A stretch of 63,934 bases of DNA, filler included, from Choristocarpus tenellus KU-1152 (taxonomy: Eukaryota > Protista > Phaeophyceae), in NCBI GenBank assembly GCA_964200185.2. It is 8 parts of 8 records of this genome, joined end to end, with 100 filler letters (N's around TTAATTAATTAA, not from the genome) between each part and the next. Parts side by side here need not be neighbours in the genome. Positions count along the whole stretch, not along the records: positions 24,255 to 32,166 come from CAXNAD020005406.1; positions 32,267 to 38,412 come from CAXNAD020008835.1; 6 more parts are not named here. One strand, given 5' to 3'. The notes below the pieces were generated by a model, which was given only the letters and a program-made list of their open reading frames with translations, was not told where the DNA came from and did no database searches. Of this stretch, positions 26,583 to 38,512 are shown piece by piece. Position 1 is the stretch's first letter. Each line of letters starts with the position of its first letter. A program made the translations under genes and the position numbers.

Positions 26583-27584
26583 GAACCGATCAGTGAGCAG
26601 TCCTTCACATTTGACTAGTACTTTCCACACTGGTTAACCGTGGATATTTTGAGTTGAGTAACACTAAGGTCTCCAACTTTCAATCTTGACCTTGACATTA
26701 CATACGATCCAGCCCCTGTATACCATATATGTATACCCTCATCTAACCGTTGTATGGTAGTTCTTACCCTTCTCACTTGCCATTTGCTTGCTTAGGTTCC
26801 TGATGCTTTCCTGGGTGTCCCTGGAGCCAAATTGTTTACAGTAACCAAGCACAAGGTCAGCTATCACGATGTTGATCCAGAGCCACCCAGAGTTCCTTCT
26901 GTTGGTGACGGTGATAGGGTTAAGGATGATGACTCCTCACCCGAGGCAAAAAAAGAGCTGAATGGGGATGATGTCCACTTGACGACAGTATCGCCTGTGT
27001 CTAACTCTGTGAAGGGTGAGGCTGATGTGGGAGAGGAACGGGGTGGGAATGATCACGGCGAACAAGATGGGACCAGATCGACTACATTGACAGTGGATAC
27101 ACTCTTGTCGGGAAGAGCAGGTTCAGAGTCTGAGCGTGCATCTGAATCAAAAGCAGGAACGGAAACGGATCCAACATCCAAGGTCTCAGAGGAAGATCCT
27201 CCTGTGGGGGAGAAGGCCGAGGAGGGGGTAGACAGGGTGCGTGTCAGGGCGGTTACGGAGCTGGAGCGCAGGGTGTTCCTGTCCCGGGAGCGCATACTGG
27301 TTCTGGCCTGTCCTGAGGGTACAGCTGATCCAGGGCTGGTGAAGTCAAACCACCACCTCACAGAGCTTGTTAAGATGACGTTTATGAGGAAGGATCCGAC
27401 ACTGGTAACCCTTCATTACAGGACAGGCCTGCCACCGCTACTCTCATCGACTGATAGGGTCATGGAGCAGGCACGGGGGGTGCCTCGGCCCAAGGTAAAG
27501 AAGAACGTTTACCGATTCCAGCCTGAAGATAAGGAAGTGTTCATCTCGTTTGTCCGCAAGAGTATGCAACGATTTCAGGCTTGA
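24255..27584 (+). CDS. 3' part of a gene with a TBC1D23-like C-terminal PH-like domain; exons <24255-24349, 25913-26056, 26796-27584
   Basis: Phase-0 GT-AG joins. The C-terminus RRVFLSRERILVL...VKSNHHLTELVKMTFMRKDPTLVTLHY...YRF...FISFVRKSM* resembles, from memory, the TBC1D23 C-terminal domain ([26 protein letters not shown]...RYLI). Confidence 0.6.
26228..26295 (+). repeat. Two-copy local tandem duplication (~32 bp)
   Basis: gttgcaccatgtaccaatactacaagaagta occurs twice back to back in an intron. Confidence 0.9.
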
Positions 27585-28780
27585 TTGAGAGGGGTGGGGG
27601 TGGAGGAGAAATGCTATGGCTAAAAGTGTGAGTGGTCTGATCAGGAGCAGAAATTTCTGGCTTTTTTTGTAGCCACAACTTACACTGGCTAGTTTACATA
27701 ACAAATCCCTGCATGATCTCAAGTTTTGTCTCTTGCTTGTGGGGGTTCACTTGGGGACTCTCAACTTATTTTTTTTGTATTGTTCCTCATTGTGCGTTTT
27801 GTTGATTGTCAAGAAGTGAATCTTTTATTCGTTGTGTGTCAAGTGTCATTATAATACCTCAGTTTTACTCCCCGATTTCTGCTTTGAATTTTGACTCCGC
27901 TGATTCTGTTGCCCTGAATGCTTGCCTCCCTTGGTCTGCAGAAGGCAGTGCCTGGCTTGGGGTATGCGTGGATGGGACAAAATTTAGTTTTTTCTATGGG
28001 TGAAGTAGGAGTGGAATTGGGGAGGCAGGACATCAAGAGTATACTTGTTTAGTGTGAATGTGCCTATGGCAGGGATGCAGACTGAGAGGAAAATGATTTT
28101 GTGATTAGAAGGAGGGAAACCTCTGACATGCTTACGCTATCCTGGCCCTTCCATGTTCCTTTCCTTGAGATTGTGAGATCTTCGTATGTTGGGAAGCAGT
28201 AGGCCCCCAGATTGGTTTTCATACTTGGATTTTGTGATGGATGGTTCCTCTCTTTGCCACTCCCTTCTCTCTGAGCTTTGACAAGACTCATCCCTTGTAA
28301 TAGTGTATTTTAGTACATGATAAAGTGAAGGAGTGTTGCATGACTGGGGATGTAGTTGTGTTCCTGATGGTCACTCCTGCTGGAGGTGCTGTGTTGTTGT
28401 TATGTGATGATTATTGGGAAAGCAGAGTGTAGTTGGCTGATTTTCTTGGTGATGATATATCTTTTCAAGTTTGTTCTATGTCCCTCGGCCATTGAGCAGA
28501 ATCATACCGTTGTATACGCAAAATATATGGTCTCTATCTTGTTTGAAGGGCGATGGGGGTTTCCAAGGCGCTCTATAGTACACAATACCAACCAATTATG
28601 TAAATTGAGACTCACCAATCAAGGGCATTGTGATCTGGCACACACCTGTGAAAAAACAGGGTGCTGCATTGGAATGACCCACGGACCGACTGTAGAAACC
28701 AATAACTGATGGTGTTTGAGTAAGCGCCTTTTTTCTTGGATGTCATCAGGTACAGGTGAAAACAGTGGTTGCTGGCTCGG

Positions 28781-29148
28781 TACCAAACCTTTCACAAATA
28801 CAAGCAACCAAGGCTGGATTTCACATCAGACCTTTGACAAACTGTAACGACCTATGACCAAACCTTCCATAAACAACCCAAAGAACCAGATTTGACTGGA
28901 TCTTTCAAACACTCTAGCGGTTTGGGGGTGAGCCTTTCTCAAACACAGGACAACCAGGGTGTGGTCCTGGCTGGACCTTCCACAAACCTCAGTGGCATGG
29001 GAGAGGAACAAACGTTTAGGCAAACACAACCAAGCGGATAACAGTATAGACCGGACGTTTCTCAAACCACGACAATGACCCAGGACATGACCTTCCACCG
29101 ACATTACTGGCAATTGGATTGATGTTCAGTACAGACCTTTCACTATTG
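28781..29148 (+). repeat. Array of about 10 degenerate GACCTTTCACAAAC-like motifs with non-repeating spacers
   Basis: Copies near 28785, 28828, 28860, 28898, 28930, 28973, 29010, 29053, 29089 and 29133; spacing about 32-44 bp. Confidence 0.65.
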
Positions 29149-30063
29149 ATTTTCTGGCCTCCTATAAGTAGGTTGCTGGAAAAATATGGTGTTGATTTAT
29201 TTGGGAGGGCGAAGGGGGGTAAAGAAAAATGGCTACTAATTGGATAAGCAGTGTAGGACTGGTGCAGTAAATTTTATCGTATCTCAATACGTGTATAACT
29301 CTGTTCTCGATCCATTTTTGTCTTTTTCGTGAGTGTTTTTTCATCTTGTCTTACACATACTACTTCACATAACTCCCACAGTCATGGTCATCATCAACCA
29401 ATCATCTTGGTTGGCAGCATGAATGAATATGAATAAATGTAACAGGCCAACTATGAAGGGCAAGGAATAGATGATGATAATGAAGTAACGTGTCCTCTTT
29501 CTGCCTGTATCGAAATACGTACAACGTATTCTGGAGTAATATATGGTTGCACAAACACGGAAGATAATGCTAATGACAACCCTTAGACTAGAGGTGAAGT
29601 GGTGGATAGAGCACTATTGCCATAATGCTCTCCTTCCCTCCTGTTGTATGTAGTTGTAGTCTCTTCTCATATAGCCGCCCTTCTCTTCTACTATAAATCT
29701 TTGTAGGTGAGATATTAAATTGTTTCTGTATGTCGATTCTTGAAGGTGTCGCGAGGACGCCGTCGTGCAGTTCGACAAAATTCCAAGTACTGTATATATC
29801 TAGAACCACTTGATGAGAAATAGAAAGAGTAGAACTTGAATACCTTGACAAACTCTACCCTATTTCATTGATTTGTATTTTTTTTGGTATGAAATGATGT
29901 GATCTTAGAGACGACTTATGTACTTCCGTACGGGCCAACCATCGTATCTATTCATTTTTTCAATTGTATAAAAAGAATAACACCAATACCACAACAAGAC
30001 GATACCTACCAGCCAGCGAATCAACAACGATTCATAGGGTTCCTTCTAATAGCGCGTTTATAG

Positions 30064-30239
30064 GGCTCAAAGTATCTGTGGGGGGGGCGGTCTACACCAG
30101 GGTGTCCATCCGGGCCCTGACCAGGAGAAGTGCACTTAAATTATCCATCCGATGCAACCAAATCACACAAAAATTGTGACATGAAAAAATGGACCCTGAA
30201 TGGACAGCCGACACCCCCCCCCACAGATACTTTTGAGTC
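30064..30239 (+). mobile_element. MITE family A, full length
   Basis: GGCTCAAAGTATCTGTGGGGGGG...CCCCCCCACAGATACTTTTGAGTC, with tag on both flanks (imperfect TSD). Confidence 0.9.
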
Positions 30240-30873
30240 TAGACTGCGTTCAAAAGCAACTTGGCCTCCATGCCATCCCCAAAAAGGGGACCATAGCTAT
30301 TTAAAAGCTCTGGCCCCCTTTGCATCAAAGGATAGTACAATCGATTATTCACGTAGGTACAGGAGGTGGAGAGAAAACAACCTACAATTAATTGCTACTA
30401 CTATCTACTACTAATAATGTAAATCATTGGAATGAAAAAATAAATCACTGGGATGGAACAGTATGGGAAGAACCTGAGGGTAACGATCGCACCTGCATTG
30501 GAGGAAGGGAAAACTCACTATCCTCTTTCACCTACCTACTATGTTCAAGAAACAATCTACGACATAATGTTGATAATATATGAAACGCGATAAAGGAGGA
30601 AATATATACATTGATAGGGACATGACAAGGATACAATCGTATGTAGTGGGTTTTGATTACCTATCGTCTGTATGCAATTACTACCTCGCACCAAACAAGG
30701 TCACTGCTACTACTGAAATCAATGAAAAGGGAGATAGAACTGCTATTATTCGTACTGAAGTAAGCAATAATTGAATAGGATCCATGCACTTCAACAGAAG
30801 CAGCAAGCCGTACCATTCTCCTCTTCCCTTCCTTGAAGTAAGTGATGCCACAACAAGCTGGAAGGCAGAGCGA

Positions 30874-32011
30874 TCATAATAATAGTCCGCATTGGGATAA
30901 AGGAACCTGTTTACAACCCCCGATCTTACTTGGCCCTCTATGCAGTAATAAAAAAGGTTGCTGCGTGTAAGGAGTGTCGCCAAGAATATACCATGGTTAG
31001 TAGAAGAGTGAAGTATAGAAAATGAGAGGAGGCAACAAATGCAGTCCACTAGGGTTACAAGAACACTGACTATGTATAGTGCCTGCTGTATCGATACTGT
31101 TGTTGAAGAAAAGACAAAAAAATGGACAAATTCGAGGTGTACCTCAGATGGGCATAGGATTTCGATTGATTAAGGCATACTGTCAGGTAAAATGAGGGGT
31201 GTGGGTGGCAAGAGTTTTTTTTCATTTACAACTGTGTGATTACTTTGAAGCTTGGAGGAAACCTTGGTTCGTTCTTGAGCTTGTTGAGACATGCCTTGGC
31301 TATGATCTTTGTGTAAGGAAAGTATTCAGATCTTTACGTGACTGGCAAGGTTAGCGATATGCAATATTTACCAAGCAATACATACGTATCCTTGTTGACA
31401 TTGGGCCGGGGCGCTGATCTGAACTCCTAACTCCCCTGCAGTATTTTCCACCATTAGTGTGCCCTTATTTCTATTAACATCATGTTTGCTCATCGTATTG
31501 GCCGTCTCTGTAAGAGGGCTTGCTTACACTGCCCTACAACATTATTACTAGGGACGTCTGTCAACAATACGGTTGAGGTATTTAACATGAGCTGTGCACC
31601 TGCTATAGTGGGGGGAGGTGATTTTGGGGTAGGAGAGTTGTGGCCTGGCAGTAGCTGGGTGACCAAGCAAAACATATGTATGTGTATACGGTAGAGACCT
31701 GTGTATGAATTGATAGTTCCAGTAGTGGTATGATGAAGACAATAGAGTGCAGAACCAACAATGATTGAACGAGATTGTGGAGTGTGTAAGCCAGTAATAA
31801 GTTTGGAGCAAAGTAAAAGAAGCGAACATCATTGTGTTGTTCACAAAGGGCAATTGCCTCGAGGTGACTGTGGGTCTTAGACAACGACAGTGTAGAGTGT
31901 GATTTCCTTGAGCTTCACGATATTTGATACAAAATGAATGAAATAGATGTACTAAGTTCGTATTGCTTAAGTTACCTTACCAGGGAAAGTGGAAGTGTTG
32001 GCCAATGATAG
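30874..32011 (-). CDS. Possible 3' exons of an unidentified gene (32011-31981, 31435-31386, 31179-31143, 30937-30874)
   Basis: Four short segments bounded by AG/GT join in phase (IIGQHFHFPW-GVRSSDQRPGPMSTRI-LCLNQSKSYAHL-RGPSKIGG...). No homology is recognised and two acceptors are weak. Confidence 0.2.
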
Positions 32012-32143
32012 CTGTCATGTACACTTCAAATTATTTGACTTTGAGTGTGTTTGTTGATAGAGAAGGGGACTTTGAGAGTTCACTATTGCAGAATAGTAAA
32101 TAGAACTTTGTTGTAGAGGTTGAGTACTAAAAAATGACAATCT

Positions 32144-32166
32144 AGACCCAAAGTATCTGGGGGGGG
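32144..32166 (+). mobile_element. MITE family A terminus at a contig end (another at 38379-38412; degenerate copy ~9318-9380)
   Basis: GACCCAAAGTATCTG(G)n or GACTCAAAGTATCTGGGG immediately before the linkers. Confidence 0.8.
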
Positions 32167-33141
32167 NNNNNNNNNNNNNNNNNNNNNNNNNNNNNNNNNN
32201 NNNNNNNNNNTTAATTAATTAANNNNNNNNNNNNNNNNNNNNNNNNNNNNNNNNNNNNNNNNNNNNTTTCAGGCAAGGGAATGGGGTTTCAGGCAAAACG
32301 TTTTTACAAACTTAAAAGATCCTAATCGACCCCCCTCTAGGATAGAACTGCTCACAATACGTATATATATATGTATGCTTACACAATTTCCATCTGAACC
32401 CCCTCCCCAACTCCCACCCCAGTCCCCAGAGGAGGTGCTGTGAAAAAAACAGATACTGATAGGCGGAATGGATAACCTTGAATTCAATGCTACAGAAATG
32501 TTTGACAACAACACACCATATCGTTAATAAGAATATAAATTACTTCAATCCACTAGTTTTAAATTTCATGCGAAGAGAAGTAAATGCTCTCCCGTTGTAT
32601 GTGGCTTCTTGTCCCCAAAACCACAACATCTGTAAATTGTCAGAGGGAAAGAATTGATCAAACAACACCAAAAAACAAGCTGTGAGAATCACAATTCGAT
32701 TACACAATTGAATAATTCAAACGGAAATGTCGTAACAACCAAAGGTGGAGAGAAACATATGGGAGCACCCTGAGTCTCTGAGGGTGGAATAGAGAGGACA
32801 ACCCTTGTGAGTATTCACACCCCAAGAGGAGACCAGAGGACCCATGCCACCATTGATTCATTCACAATGGCATGTATGACACCAGAAAGTCATCAAGCAT
32901 GGGAGATAGACTCATAATAAAATCCATTTATAGTAGTATTGCATTAAGAAGCAACACCTGCAGCACCTTCCCCAAAGCCCAAGCCAGCATGAACATGAAG
33001 GTCAATAGATCTAACCAAACTAACACCGGCAGACCCCAAAAGACAAGACAATAGTAGCATCTTCGTGTGGTAGACAGCAGCAGAAATAAGTGGCTCTGCT
33101 ATTACATTTCCATTCCAATCCAACCTACACGCTTGGGTCAC

Positions 33142-34464
33142 CTTGGCATGTATCCCGTCGTACACCTTTTTGAAGAGTGTGGGAACGGCGTAGAGGACAG
33201 TTGGCTTAACCTCCGCCATATTCTCCAAGAGCTTGTCTACCCCTTGCGCGATGCCCAGAGAACCACCATGTGCCATTAAGGCATGGAGTTCAGCTGTCTG
33301 GCCATAACCTGGGGCACCCAGTGGGTACGGGGCACAAGGGAACGGCATAGGAAAAGACACGTTATCCTTCAAGGAGGAGGGGATAGGTTGTATCTAATGA
33401 AACAAGGGGGAAGGCACGTTGATGTAATGGTGATCAGGGTAAAAAACAAGTGTGTGTGAAGATCGCAAAAATCAGAAGGCAAACTGTTTGGGCAAGAGAG
33501 GACCAGGGAAGATACGTGCGCTTCCCAGACTTTGAGGGAACGCATGAGGGAAGAGAGACAAGGTCGCAATTTTTGGGTTGGGAGAATGGATGATGTCGCG
33601 TTCCTCACAATGTGCCCATGGTAGGAAGCTGAGTGACCGGTCGTGACACGAGATGAGATCCTCTGGAAGGATTGCACGTAGACCAGTGATGTTCGTGATG
33701 AGGTTACCATGGGAGAGCATCACCCCCTTCGGTTTGCCTGTAGTCCCAGAAGTATAAATCAGAGTGGCGAGCTCGTCAGGATGGGGAAGGTAGGCCGGCT
33801 GCCCTGCATCGATCGAGTTCAGGAACCCTTTGAACGAACCTGGCTGCCCCTCCTCCTCCTCGAAGCAGAAAACATTCTCGAGATTACCATGAACACCTGC
33901 AAAGTGAAATGTCTGCCTGTGAATCTCTCGGGTGGATACGAAGAGACACCTTGCTCCAGAGTCCTCCAAGATATACCGCCAGTCCTTGAGTCGCTGCTCC
34001 TCGTACATAGGCACAAATACCGCACCCAGAGAGTAAGTAGCATAGGCGCAAATCGCCCATTCCTCTCTATTATTGCTGATAATCCCGACGGCATCACCGC
34101 GGCCAATTCCTTTGCTGAACAAGGCCGCACGGCATCTATCGACCGCCTTCCCAAAGGCCTTGTACGTGAGCCACTCAAAGGGAGCCGACCCACGCTTTGT
34201 CCCAAAGAGAGGTCTATCACCGAAGCTTTGGCGGGTAACAAGGTGCATATCGACTAGGGTATCGTAGTCCATATAGTGAGGGGTCTCATGGATCAGCTCA
34301 GCGGGCTTCTTCAATGTCCCGAATTGTCGAGAGGCTGCAACGACTAGATATACCGGATGTTTGGTCTCGTGTGATGGAAGCAGCCCTTGTCGAGTTGCTG
34401 TACGAGCACCGCTGGCACGAACAAGTGAGCGACCTCCAGATCGCAAAGCCGAGGCGATAACCAT
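33142..34464 (-). CDS. Long-chain acyl-CoA synthetase (FadD15-like), probably mitochondrion-targeted, 3'-partial; exons 34464-33609, 33308-33142
   Basis: AMP-binding motif LIYTSGTTGKPKGVMLSHGN; SFLPWAHC|YGQTAELH...VKPTVLYAVPTLFKKVYD. The N-terminus is Arg/Ser/Ala-rich and acid-poor. Confidence 0.92.
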
Positions 34465-36595
34465 GGTGATTGAACCACGAGAATCCTCTCCCTAGAGGAC
34501 GTTCTTGGAGTAATGTACTTTTGATCGAAAGACGAATTGTCTCGGAAAAACGATGGCGTCGGTGTCGAGTAGAGAGGGTCTCGCAGGGGTGCCACAGGGA
34601 ACGATAGTTATTTGGACTTCACAAAGTGACACTGAGGACGTCTGTCTCTGGTTCTGCACAACGAGTGACTTTCCTGTCTGTGTGTGTTCCCCACTCAATT
34701 CAACATCAAAGTAGATGTTCCATGTAGGTTTGTGAAGGAGATCGCTGAAATTCAACAGGTTGTGTTGAAGTTGAAGGATGAAGTTACAACATTTCCAATT
34801 TTCCTTTTTTGAAATATAGAATGTTCCTAGAATTACTTGCATATTATTTAGACCAATAAACGGTGATTTTCAACATATAAGCAAATTACTCTTCCGTCTT
34901 CAGGGAAAAAATACGTCATCTTCGTATACCCTATACAAAATATACTATACCACACACACACTATCACAGAATCAAAACTCGTCTTATGAGAAAGATGGAG
35001 ATGGGATCACGCATTATAACCACTTAACTACTTGACCTCGGTTCGCCCCAATTGAGGTAGGAGTGCCAAATGAGTGTTCGTCGTCGATATGGAAGCTTTG
35101 GCGAGTTAGGTGTGTGATATGTACGCCACTTTGTGGGAGAACATTGGGAAAGTAGAACGTGGACCAACGAAACTGGAAATGTAGACAAAAATGGTGGGTG
35201 ACACGCACTCATGAGCAAGCCTTCTTGCAGCTGAGCTGCACTCGTGACTGGAGGATAGATCTACCAGACTACTCCACACCTCTTTCTTGCGTAATGCAAT
35301 CAACACAGGGCTAGTCCAATCTACCGTTCTTCAACCAATCTACATGTTTTATTTAGGAATTGCCTTCGGTAAAGGTCTGTGTTGTTGTATCTTCAGTCCG
35401 AATATCTCAACCCCTTCTAAGTTGTGATTAGGGAGGCTCGGGCTCAAGCTTCTGACTGCCCCCTTCATTATTATCCCACTGCTTGTCCTCCTCCAATTAG
35501 TGATGTTTTGCATAATTCGTTTCAAGTCACACCATTGAGGGTTCTCTCCTCTTTTTTCTTCATCCTTCCAACGGTGCATATACGTATGTGTTACTTTTGT
35601 CCTTACACGGTTTGATATGCCAATGTACTTACTATTACTACACGTGGAGTTTAAAAGGTTAGCACTACTGTAGCACGGAGTTGTCAGTGTGACTGGTTGT
35701 AATTGGTAGGTGCTCTAGGGACAATTACGAGTAGAATACACACTCCTGCTTGGATCTATCTACGGGAATCATCAACTTCTCCACATAAAATGTCTAATGC
35801 TTGTAAGTTATGGAGGCCCCTTGGTTGCGTCTCCCTGACAAAGGTGGGTGCAGTGGTACAGCAGTTATGTGGGTCGACAGGGAGAATGAGTCCCATCTCG
35901 ACAATTCTAAGGCCATGTCATCTACAAGTCAACTTACTACATAATGAGACCACTACATACATAGTTTTGTTCTAGTTCGAGACAAATTCTGGGCCTCAGG
36001 CAATCGAAGTGGGAACGGGGACCATCCTCCCAAGCAAATCTGCTTTGGTACCGTGCTCAACAAATTCCTGTCCGTAGATGTGCACACTGTTGAACCTCTA
36101 TCACGTGGGCACCAACCCAAGCAGAATTGGTCAAGGTAGAGAACGGGAGGGTAATCTCAGACGATTGGGTGTGGATGCTGTCAAATCGTTGAAATACCAC
36201 TGTTCCACCAGGGCAGACAGTCGCGCGACCTTGATCTTCTTCCTCACTATCTCTGAGCATAGATGGCATAATTTAAGTGCTCATTGAAGTACGAATGTGT
36301 TCATAATATGCAGCACCTGGTGAAGAATAGGTCTAGGGAACATGTGAGGGTCATGGTGAGCATGTTGTCTACACTACGCAATGATCGTAGAGGTGACTTA
36401 ATTTATTAAGGGTCGTGACAAGGGTGAGAGGGCCTCAGCAACATCCTAAATCCTGTTTCCAAGTTGTCGAAAACAATTTCTCATGTATTGCACCAGTGGG
36501 CTATACGTTCAAGGTAAGTGACTGAAGCGCGGTACAGTAGTAGTTATAGTATATTGTCAGGGTTTCCGAAGAACTGGGTAACGGTGTGATATTAT

Positions 36596-37400
36596 ATTAT
36601 TATGCCCTCTGACATTTTGCAAATGTGTCAGGGGAAAAACCAATGAAAAGTCAGTCCCATATCATAAGAACTCCTGTAAAAGTACCAGTTGTCGCAGATA
36701 TGAAAGATACATTTCTATAATCTGTTTACCATTTGACTAGCACCTATGCTACACCACTCTCCTCCTGTGCCTCCAACCTAGATTAGCCCCACACCACGGG
36801 GCGAGCAGCTTGTGAAGCATCCCAAGAATCTGACAGACCCCTCGTGTGTAATCATGTATGTTTTCCCTGACAAATGTGGAAAATGTGAGAGTGGAAAAAT
36901 GTATATGCTGGACGGTATGGTTCTAACTGTTAGTAGTAGTAGAAGCAGTACTAAATATTATATTTCTCTCTATATATATTATTATGCGCTTAAACATTTT
37001 GTAGAAGATGTGTCACAGGAAAAGCCAATGAAAAGCCAATTCATTACCTTAAGAACCGCTGTAAAACTAACGGTTGTTGTAAGTGTGAAAGATACCATTT
37101 CTATCATCATTATATTACTGTTTATATATTATTATGCCGTCTGACATTTTGCAGATGTGTCAGGGAGGAAACCAATTAAAACTATTCGCATGTCAGTATA
37201 ATCCCGAAATGAATACAAAATGTCACAACTATGAAAAACACTAACCTATTTGTTATTACACTACTATCCATGTTGTACCACTGCCTTCCTGTACGTCCAA
37301 TCTACCTATTCCTGTACCCCAGGGTGAGGAGCTAGGGAGGCATCCCAAGAATCCAACAAATCCCTCCATGCCCATCTCTCTGGTGACTCCAGGTTAAAAT
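36596..37400 (-). mobile_element. Cluster of three head-to-tail LINE 3' ends (36596-36850, 36978-37110, 37126-37400) plus a short inverted end (~36858-36895)
   Basis: Each starts on + with a variant of tattattatgccctctgacattttgcagatgtgtcaggg, the reverse complement of the 8197-8578 tail. The third copy aligns with 8313-8570 throughout. Confidence 0.8.
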
Positions 37401-38512
37401 ATTATGGTGTTTTTTATTATTACTATCGTTATTTGTATTATGATATCATTATTAGTAGTAGTATTAATAGTATCCAATATTTATCATCACAATAGTCCAA
37501 CAGAATCTCAGATCACTGATTAAAAAAGTAGTCGAAAGAAAGTAATATAGTACGCGTATCTACTAAGAAAGACCGATATAAGAGAAAACAGGATTTAAAA
37601 GAGGGTAAATTGCCTTGTAACGACTTTTCAGACTATAAGAGAGGTTTCGGGGGTTTTCTGTGAATTCTCTCTTATACTGAGCAAACTCGCATTTTTTTTC
37701 ACTACTTTACGAAGGGGTTTCACAAAAAGCCATGTCTAAAGTTAAGCACAATATAACAAAGTAAGGCACAAACCTGCTCGAGACCAGCACTACACACCAT
37801 AGCAGTCTTTTGTTGTCTACTGCACAGTGCAGTATATATGCAGTATATGACATCAAGTTTAGACGACTGAATTGTCCAGATATAACAATGCCCTTCGAAG
37901 CGGGATCCAGCTGCAACATACAGGGTAATACTGTTGCAGCAGGCGTATAGCGTGAGTATTTCTTCCCGCGCTTTAACCGGCGCGAGCAGTGTACGCGCGT
38001 GTGGAACCCCAAAAAGGGGGATTTCCGATTTGATAAAAGTTGCAGAATAAAATCTGTAACTTGGGAACGTCGCATCAATTCTCAGATGCATTCCAACGTC
38101 TGCAAACCAAAGAAACAAGACGGTAAATGATGATAAGAGGTCCTAAAAACGGCTCCAAGTGGCTCAGATCCCAGAGGGCTCAAGCACCCCCCAGGACACA
38201 CTCTTAACTGATGCCAATTTCTCATATTCATGCCTTATTGATTCATTAAAAGAGTAGCCCTCTTCTGCTGAGCTGAGGTTCATTAATTAACCTGTGGATT
38301 GGATCCCCTTGACTTTCCGAGTGTCCGGGGAGCCTCGTACGAGCATCAGCGTCATCTGTAGGCTTGTGGATTGGAGCTGACTCAAAGTATCTGGGGAGGG
38401 GGGGTTGTGAGGNNNNNNNNNNNNNNNNNNNNNNNNNNNNNNNNNNNNNNNNNNNNTTAATTAATTAANNNNNNNNNNNNNNNNNNNNNNNNNNNNNNNN
38501 NNNNNNNNNNNN

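Noticed and set aside
28781-29148. CRISPR array
   Set aside because: The repeats are too short and degenerate, the context is eukaryotic and no cas genes are present; kept only as a motif array.
33709-34257. Long antisense ORFs (also 27053-27361 and 38677-39315)
   Set aside because: They are shadows of real exons on the opposite strand.
36057-36330. Possible retroelement coding relic upstream of the acyl-CoA synthetase
   Set aside because: No diagnostic RT, RNase H or integrase motif could be read.
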